A stretch of 64,000 nucleotides of DNA. It comes from Verrucomicrobiota bacterium (GTDB taxonomy: Bacteria > Verrucomicrobiota > Kiritimatiellia > RFP12 > UBA1067). The translations under genes and the position numbers were made by a program. The notes under the pieces were generated by a model, which saw only the letters and a program-made list of their open reading frames with translations, ran no database searches and was not told the DNA's origin. Of this stretch, positions 58,832-64,000 are shown piece after piece (positions within the stretch are counted from its first letter, which is position 1; each line of letters opens with the position of its first letter). The stretch lies in the NCBI GenBank assembly GCA_050874585.1, contig JBNMKZ010000004.1, positions 7-64,006 of the forward strand. Reading direction: 5' to 3'.

Positions 58832-60112
58832 TCATCCCGTGTTCATTCCGAAGAATGCGAAGAGCGACGCCCCGTCCCTCTTCTCGGCTTCCTCGGGGTC
58901 GAACCCGCGCCACCTGCGGCCTCTTTTCAGGATGTCGCTCGCTCCGTCCGCGATGGCGTAGAAGTGGAATTCCGGCACGTCGTGTATCCTGAACGACATG
59001 CGCGCGACGCTTCTTGCGATGACGTCGTGCCTCTCCGAGTTCCCGCTCCATGCCATGCTGAAGTAGACTGTAGTCAGGACGATCGCGGCCAGGGCCTTGA
59101 TCTTGGCGTACCTGAACAGGCGCATGTCCTCGAGGCTGTAGGACTGCTTGACGTGGCGGATGGTGTCCTCGACCCTCCAGCGGGTGATGTATCCCTCCAC
59201 GACCTGCCAGAGCGCCTCGCGCGTCGTTGTCTTCGCGAGGGTCGTCAGCAGCATCATCGGCTTCTGCCCGAACCCCCTCACGACGACCATGTGCAGGAGC
59301 CTGTCGGGGATGTCGGGAAGCCGCACGGGCACGGCGCCGAACTCGATCGTCACGCGACGCTCCTTCCCGTGGTGGTCGAACGTCACGACCTCCCTGTAGC
59401 GCATCCGGCACTCCCAGGCGAGTTCGCCGCACATGACGTTGCGCTTCCAGCTGCGCACGTACCTTTCCTTGAGTCGGACGATGAAATCCAGCCCTTTCCC
59501 GAGGAAATGGCGGTAGAACTCGATGTTGTCTCCGCCACGGTCGTACACGAATATCCCCCGCCTCTTCGTGTGCCTGGTGATTCCATCCACGATGGGCTTC
59601 ACCTCCTCGTTCTCGCTGACGAACCCCGGCGAGTCCGCGGACCACAGCCTGAAGTGCAGCGGAATCGGCCTGCGGCCGCCTGATTCGCGGGCTACGGCCA
59701 TGCAGCCCCAGAAGCCGAGGTTGTCGCCCACCTCGCCCTTGCTCCCGTCCCAGACCTTGGCGAGGTACTCCATCTTCTTCGCGTAGGGCTTCTGCACGTC
59801 GGACGGGTCCAGGATGATGAGCGCGTTCCTGTGGACCCTCCTGGCGCCCTCGGAGGCGATGAGGCGGTGCAGCCCCGCCTCCAGCCCGTCCGACGAGAGC
59901 ATCCGGCTGAGCCTGTCCTCGACCTTTTTCGGGGTGGTTTCCTCCTTCAGCGCGCGGACCACGGACGAGAGCTTCACGTCCTTCTCCGCCATGATCCCGT
60001 AGACCATGTCGCCTATGAAACGGGCGACCGGCTTGTGGAAATGGGGGGAAATCCTCCCCAGAAAAGATTCAAGTTGCCCGAGCAGTTTCGCCGCAATTGT
60101 GGTATCATGCAT
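58832..60112 (-). CDS. IS4-family DDE transposase
   Basis: 426 aa, with YDRGGD and the IS4 Y-x2-R-x3-E-x6-K signature (YITRWRVEDTIRHVK). Confidence 0.9.
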   Translation of the reverse strand: MHDTTIAAKLLGQLESFLGRISPHFHKPVARFIGDMVYGIMAEKDVKLSSVVRALKEETTPKKVEDRLSRMLSSDGLEAGLHRLIASEGARRVHRNALIILDPSDVQKPYAKKMEYLAKVWDGSKGEVGDNLGFWGCMAVARESGGRRPIPLHFRLWSADSPGFVSENEEVKPIVDGITRHTKRRGIFVYDRGGDNIEFYRHFLGKGLDFIVRLKERYVRSWKRNVMCGELAWECRMRYREVVTFDHHGKERRVTIEFGAVPVRLPDIPDRLLHMVVVRGFGQKPMMLLTTLAKTTTREALWQVVEGYITRWRVEDTIRHVKQSYSLEDMRLFRYAKIKALAAIVLTTVYFSMAWSGNSERHDVIARSVARMSFRIHDVPEFHFYAIADGASDILKRGRRWRGFDPEEAEKRDGASLFAFFGMNTG

Positions 60113-60149
60113 GGCGTCGCCTTTCCTGTTTGGTGTTTAGCACTTCGGC

Positions 60150-60158
60150 ATTATACCG
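60150..60158 (-). promoter_or_regulatory. -10 CGGTATAAT for the transposase, within a CTTCGG/CCGAAG palindrome
   Basis: Read on the minus strand, about 38 nt upstream of the start at 60112. Confidence 0.5.
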
Positions 60159-60273
60159 AAGATCGAACTCGAAAGGCGACTCTCTTTCCCAAAAATCGGC
60201 TCATAACCGCGCAGACCGTCGCAACGTCTTGCCAGCGAAGAAAAATGGGGAACCTCCAAAAGCGGATACCCCG

Positions 60274-60303
60274 TTGACATCGGAGAGGCGTTTTTGGTAT
60301 CAT
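60274..60303 (+). promoter_or_regulatory. promoter for tRNA-Met: TTGACA, 18-bp spacer (its last 3 nt are the TGG of the extended -10), TATCAT
   Basis: -35 at 60274-60279 and extended -10 TGGTATCAT at 60295-60303. It lies just outside the IS right end. Confidence 0.6.
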
Positions 60304-60322
60304 ATACGCGTTCACCTTTATT

Positions 60323-60398
60323 GGCGAGATAGCTCAGTTGGTAGAGCGCAGGACTCATAAGCCTAAGGTCAAGGGTTCGATCCCCTTTCTCGCCACCA
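60323..60398 (+). tRNA. tRNA with CAU anticodon (Met, or Ile2 if lysidinylated), encoded CCA, weak anticodon stem
   Basis: Acceptor GGCGAGA/TCTCGCC, D arm GCTC/GAGC, T arm AAGGG-TTCGATC-CCCTT, loop CTCATAA. The anticodon stem has C27-A43 and A31-G39 mismatches. Confidence 0.8.
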
Positions 60399-60434
60399 TT
60401 CTTCACAATCCCTCCCAACGAAGAACTGCACAGT

Positions 60435-60887
60435 ATGAGAATCCTTTTTTGCTGTCACGGCAACATCTGCCGCTCACCCATGGCCGAATTCGTCATGAAG
60501 GAACTGGCCAGAAAAGCCGGGCGCACGGACCTTGTCATCGAATCCGCAGCCCTTCATACGGACGAAATTGGCAATGACATCCATCCCGGCACGCGTGCCG
60601 AACTGCTGAAGCACGGCATTCCCTTTGCACCCCGTGCCGCCTGGCAGCTGACGGCCTCGAAGGCCAAGTCATACGACCTTCTCATTGGCATGGACGACTA
60701 CAACATGGCGGACCTTCGGAGACTGGTCGAGCCTGCCGCGCGCGGCAAAATTCATCGTCTCCTTGCGTACGCAGGGCTTGACCGCGCCATCGCCGATCCG
60801 TGGTACACGGGGGACTTCGACGCGACCTATCGCGACGTTCTCCTCGGTTGCACGGCTCTCCTCAAGGAGATCGCCGCGCCCGCCTGA
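60435..60887 (+). CDS. low-molecular-weight protein-tyrosine phosphatase
   Basis: CHGNICRS (C-X5-R-S) P-loop at residues 7-14 and a DP motif (DPWY). Confidence 0.9.
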   Translation: MRILFCCHGNICRSPMAEFVMKELARKAGRTDLVIESAALHTDEIGNDIHPGTRAELLKHGIPFAPRAAWQLTASKAKSYDLLIGMDDYNMADLRRLVEPAARGKIHRLLAYAGLDRAIADPWYTGDFDATYRDVLLGCTALLKEIAAPA

Positions 60888-60896
60888 GGACGGCCC

Positions 60897-60920
60897 GTCC
60901 CTCTCTCGGGCGAGGGGGTG
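60897..60920 (+). repeat. solo copy of the hairpin module CCCTC-TCTCGGGC-GAGGGGG from the long repeat
   Basis: GTCCCTCTCTCGGGCGAGGGGGTG begins 10 nt after the phosphatase stop. The same module lies inside copies A, B and C. Confidence 0.7.
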
Positions 60921-61039
60921 CGGCACACGGGAAGGGTCGGTTTGAGCCGGCCGAGGCCTGCGGGCGAACCACGGAAAGGCGAAGGGTGGTTTTTAGCCGC
61001 AAGGGACGCAAAGGTCGCAGAGAGTGGGGGAGAGAGGCC

Positions 61040-61353
61040 CCACCGCGCAGGCGTGTGAAGGCGCGAGCGCGGCAGTTTGGGTGGCCTGCCGGACGGCAGG
61101 CCGGCAAGACCATTTGCCGCGTTTTGGCCTGTGGTCAGCCTGTTCCTTCTCTCGGGCGAGGGGGTGCGCGCGAAGTGTCGCGAGTGAGGTCTTCCGCGGG
61201 GCGCCACCGTAGGAGTTGTTTCGTCCGAAACCAGCCGTCTTGTCGAGGCTGGACAGGCTAAGTAAACTTTTGTTGCCCAGGCGCGAGAGGTGAGCGCAAC
61301 CGTGGAAGCCGAGACCGAGCGACAGCTTCGCGCAAACACACGAGCAAGCGGTT
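61040..61353 (+). repeat. long repeat copy C (diverged, roughly 87% identical to A in the core)
   Basis: Collinear with B, including the 5' extension. The 3' half GGCTGGACAGGCTAAGTAAAC...CAGCTTCGCGCAA is nearly identical. It ends directly at a TGATATAAT promoter. Confidence 0.9.
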
Positions 61354-61356
61354 TTA

Positions 61357-61365
61357 TGATATAAT
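61357..61365 (+). promoter_or_regulatory. extended -10 TGATATAAT immediately after repeat copy C
   Basis: Same junction geometry as the proS promoter. Its transcript would run through the poly-C tract toward the 61729 operon. Confidence 0.5.
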
Positions 61366-61483
61366 ATGCGCCGAAAGCGAGAATTAGCGGAGTTTGTGAT
61401 GGAGTCGGCGATGACTGAGATTCGCCCGAGGTGGCGTATAAGCGCACGAAACGGTGCGCCTGCGACTCCGTTTGCTAAGTTTA

Positions 61484-61500
61484 CCCCCCCCCCCCCCCCC
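61484..61500 (+). repeat. homopolymeric tract of 17 C
   Basis: Counted directly and cross-checked against the track translation (PPPPPP). Confidence 0.95.
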
Positions 61501-61728
61501 AGTAACAGGCGCGTGTGACGGGTGGCTGAGCCACTTCTTGCCTTTTGGACTGCGGATCCTCAGGATTCTCCGTACGGTTGCCCATCTGGCACATTTTTCC
61601 TTTTATTTCCTCTCGGGGCACATAGTTGTGCCCAGGTTGGAGTTTGTACGGCAAAGGCATGCCACTTCATTTTCCCGCGTGGGCGGCGGCCTTGGAGGTT
61701 GTCGCGGGAGAAGGAATGAAAGGGGTTG

Positions 61729-62172
61729 ATGATGCACGATGATATGCGATTGAAATATATGGTGGCCAAGGGACTTGGATGCCTCAATGTTCCATGTCTT
61801 GAAGCGTGCAATGAGAGTTGTCCTTGCGAGAAACTGAAGAATTTTGTTAAGGAGGAATCTAAGAAACCTTCTGCAAATACTGCCTCTCTTGAACTTGAAT
61901 GGGTGCATGTTCCTACATGGGAAAGTGTTGGCGTTCGGTTGAAGCGCGCGATTTCGATTGGGGTTGTGCTGGGGTTGGGGATACTTTTGGGTGCTGGGGT
62001 GGTGAAGGGATGTTGTTCAAATGAGAGAGAGATTAAGGTATCTTTGTCTAAAGACGGATACCAAATTGAGCGCCGTTTTGAATCGATAGAAGATTTTGAG
62101 AAGATCGGGACTAATGACCTTCGGCGTGTCATGAACGCGCTTGAGAGCCTTCACAAATCAGGTAATAACTGA
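61729..62172 (+). CDS. hypothetical single-pass membrane protein with a Cys-rich N-terminus
   Basis: SD gaaagggg upstream. N-terminal CLNVPCLEACNESCPC and TM segment AISIGVVLGLGILLGAGVV. Lower GC than the core genes. Confidence 0.55.
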   Translation: MMHDDMRLKYMVAKGLGCLNVPCLEACNESCPCEKLKNFVKEESKKPSANTASLELEWVHVPTWESVGVRLKRAISIGVVLGLGILLGAGVVKGCCSNEREIKVSLSKDGYQIERRFESIEDFEKIGTNDLRRVMNALESLHKSGNN

Positions 62173-62202
62173 GTTTAGAGGGCCTTTCCAAGGATACTGA
62201 AG

Positions 62203-62883
62203 ATGCAATGCGAAAAAGAGCAGCAGATTACTCCTCGCGCCATCTATGAGTCATTTTGGAAATGTCGCGATCTTGAAATCAACATGCTGTGGACGCGGCT
62301 GACTTTGTTGGGCGCGTTCATGGGCTTGACCTATGCCGGATATGGTACGCTGATTCTGAAAAGCGTCGACGGCATTGGAAATTGGGATGTCTTTCATCTT
62401 GTGGCCATTGGCGCGAGTAGCTTTGGTTTGCTCTTTTCGATTCTGTGGACGACGACCGCCAAGGGGTCGAAAGCGTGGTTTGAGCGGTATGAGGCGATGA
62501 TTGCCTATTTCCAGGAAACATACAAAGACTTGGGTCTCTTTGCGAGAACGGCGGGCGAGGATCTGGTTCTCTCGTATCTTGACGATGGCAATCGAAACGT
62601 CGTCCGGCGGTTGAGGCCCCTTGACACCGATTTGTTTTCGCAGTATGCCGGCGCCTATTCGGTTTCAAAAATCCCAATCGTCATGGGGCAGGTTTCGATT
62701 GTGGCGTGGGGCGTCATCGGAATCGTCCATGCGGTTGCCTGCGTGATCGGGCGGCGCGGCATTCTCGATTTCGTCCAGAATGTTCATGTCGGGGCAATTG
62801 CCGTGGCAATGGTTGTTGTGACGGCCATCAGTGCCTGCCTCGTCTGCTCCTGTGTCGGGAGCAGCGCTTTGAAGGGGAAGTGA
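62203..62883 (+). CDS. hypothetical 4-TM membrane protein
   Basis: 226 aa. An N-terminal amphipathic region, then a TM hairpin (LWTRLTLLGAFMGLTYAGYG / VFHLVAIGASSFGLLFSILW), a soluble linker and two more TM helices. Confidence 0.65.
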   Translation: MQCEKEQQITPRAIYESFWKCRDLEINMLWTRLTLLGAFMGLTYAGYGTLILKSVDGIGNWDVFHLVAIGASSFGLLFSILWTTTAKGSKAWFERYEAMIAYFQETYKDLGLFARTAGEDLVLSYLDDGNRNVVRRLRPLDTDLFSQYAGAYSVSKIPIVMGQVSIVAWGVIGIVHAVACVIGRRGILDFVQNVHVGAIAVAMVVVTAISACLVCSCVGSSALKGK

Positions 62884-62885
62884 AC

Positions 62886-63140
62886 ATGATGCGAGTTCCG
62901 GAACATATCGTTTCATTCGGACAGAGCGCATCGGGCGATTCTGGGGGGGCGGTGCGAAAACTTTTTTATTCCCCGCGTCACTTTTCCGTTCCGAGAAGGG
63001 AATATGCAGTAGAGGATATGGAAGACTCAATCTACAAAAAATGCGGACTCGCCCTCAACTGCATTCCAATGTCCGCAGAAATTGAGTTGGCTGAATATTG
63101 CTTCGGCGTGACAAAGGAAGAATCCCATTTGATTCGTTAA
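62886..63140 (+). CDS. hypothetical small soluble protein (84 aa)
   Basis: The internal ATG 62886 lies 2 nt after the upstream stop. No recognisable motifs. Confidence 0.45.
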   Translation: MMRVPEHIVSFGQSASGDSGGAVRKLFYSPRHFSVPRREYAVEDMEDSIYKKCGLALNCIPMSAEIELAEYCFGVTKEESHLIR

Positions 63141-63225
63141 TTCTGCAAAAACAAGCGATGTATAGATTCGCCCTTGTCTGGTCGCTTGCAAAATACATAA
63201 GGGAAACAGCATAAAGGAAGTCGCT

Positions 63226-64000
63226 ATGGTTAAAGAAACAACAATGGCAGAAGAAGAAGTAGGTGCTGCCATCACGCAAGGTGGAAACCCTGTAAATAAT
63301 AGCAAAGTTGATCTTACCCCAAGACTTGTTAAGGAACCGGCGGCAATTGCAAAACTCTGGGAGAAAATTGATGTCCGCCGGGGATCCTTTGAGATTCCGC
63401 GCCTGCGAAAGGACGGGTTCGTAGAGATGAACCTTGCCGGAACTGGAATTGAGAAGGCCATGTATGCACTTGGCAAGCCAGGGATTAAAGATATTATCAG
63501 TGTAGAGGCGATGGTATTCCCATGTGTTTCCATAGCCCAGAAGGTCGCTGCTGATCTTCGGTGGTATGAAAGGCTGAGATTCAAACCAAAGGATCGAACA
63601 GATTTGATTCCGCTAGCCAAAAATCAAAGGGATTATCGCGATCCGTGGTCAGATGGTAAATTCCCATCTTTTGAAGGCAAGACCTCTGGTAGTGAAATAA
63701 TTCCGCAATCATGTGTTTTGGATGATTGCCCTGCTTGCGATGGCGAGGGTACTAAACTTGGTAAGGTCTTTCAGGGACAAAAAGACAGAGGTTGGATTAC
63801 GTGTCGGCACTGTGATGGTACTGGGAAAGAAGGTGCATTGCTTTGCGATCATTGTCAGGGCCACGGAGGTTGGTATTCTCGTAGTCAAGTCAACCAGTAT
63901 GCCACGCAGCAGGTAAAGTGCGACAAATGCGATGGCTCCGGGAAGTTGCTGGCGGTGTTAAAGGCTCACAAGCAGGTGGATACGTATGAGAAGTTCGATT
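63226..64000 (+). CDS. hypothetical protein with four DnaJ-type CxxCxGxG zinc-finger repeats; 3' end beyond the window
   Basis: Not in the ORF track because no stop occurs within the window. SD aaaggaag precedes ATG 63226. Hand translation gives 258 codons without a stop, with CPACDGEG, CRHCDGTG, CDHCQGHG and CDKCDGSG at 63727-63941. Confidence 0.7.
   Translation, partial: MVKETTMAEEEVGAAITQGGNPVNNSKVDLTPRLVKEPAAIAKLWEKIDVRRGSFEIPRLRKDGFVEMNLAGTGIEKAMYALGKPGIKDIISVEAMVFPCVSIAQKVAADLRWYERLRFKPKDRTDLIPLAKNQRDYRDPWSDGKFPSFEGKTSGSEIIPQSCVLDDCPACDGEGTKLGKVFQGQKDRGWITCRHCDGTGKEGALLCDHCQGHGGWYSRSQVNQYATQQVKCDKCDGSGKLLAVLKAHKQVDTYEKFD

Larger units (their letters stand above)
58674..60259 (-). mobile_element. 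IS4-family insertion sequence, about 1.59 kb
   Basis: Imperfect terminal inverted repeats TTGGAGATTCCCCAATTTTTGAGGCAAG (58674-58701) and, reverse-complemented, TTGGAGGTTCCCCATTTTT...GGCAAG (60228-60259) flank a DDE transposase gene. No target-site duplication was seen. Confidence 0.6.

Noticed and set aside
57618-61353. The possibility that the long repeats are a DGR template/variable repeat pair or a retron msr/msd.
   Set aside because: No reverse transcriptase gene is in the window. Differences between copies are not restricted to adenine positions. No copy lies at the 3' end of a target gene.
56677-61400. An integrated prophage or integrative element at tRNA-Met.
   Set aside because: No integrase, excisionase or phage structural genes are present. 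I found no duplicated tRNA 3' fragment (att site) within the window. The only mobility gene is the IS4 transposase.
63027-63620. The 197-aa minus-strand ORF at the window end.
   Set aside because: It overlaps an SD-preceded + strand ORF that stays open for 258 codons and carries four CxxCxGxG motifs. The minus-strand product has no motifs.

Overview
This 64-kb window is high-GC chromosomal DNA. Hand counts of 60-nt lines give about 60-70% GC in core genes. There are about 60 CDS, nearly all on the + strand, often joined by ATGA or GTGA stop/start overlaps. I found 4 tRNAs (Leu-UAG, Cys-GCA, Glu-UUC, Met-CAU), no rRNA and no CRISPR array. The gene content (a V-type ATPase E/A/B module with a Chlamydia-like hypothetical gene after E, DUF1080, GH127, a small basic protein) and the TGGTATAAT promoters suggest a PVC-group bacterium. 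That assignment is a low-confidence inference. Positions 1-56.6 kb are housekeeping: dapA, cysS, trxA, guaB, lepB, a Ser/Thr kinase, tcdA-mtaB-recO, queH, argG-grpE-dnaJ, V-ATPase E/A/B, apt, argB-argD, infC-psd-pssA, mnmA, aconitase, dprA, dnaK-groES-groEL, queA, proS. Positions 56.6-64 kb are accessory and hold the most interesting signals. (1) Dyad-symmetric arrays of 22-bp-phased units, each built around four 18-bp 7-4-7 near-palindromes, occur at three loci (13.4, 30.3 and 57.3 kb). (2) A 250-320-bp repeat family is present in three same-strand copies; differences between copies are wobble-compatible on the + strand, which suggests a structured RNA, and short modules of the repeat recur elsewhere, including directly against promoters. 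(3) An IS4-family element lies next to tRNA-Met. (4) A lower-GC operon of unknown function (61.7 kb to beyond 64 kb) follows a 17-nt poly-C tract. It encodes two membrane proteins, a small protein and an edge-truncated protein with four DnaJ-type CxxCxGxG zinc fingers that the ORF track does not list. It is a candidate uncharacterised conflict or accessory system. Other observations are widespread leaderless extended -10 promoters, a probable AUC start for infC, a doubly frameshifted PHP-like gene, and an unlisted 51-aa small basic protein gene.
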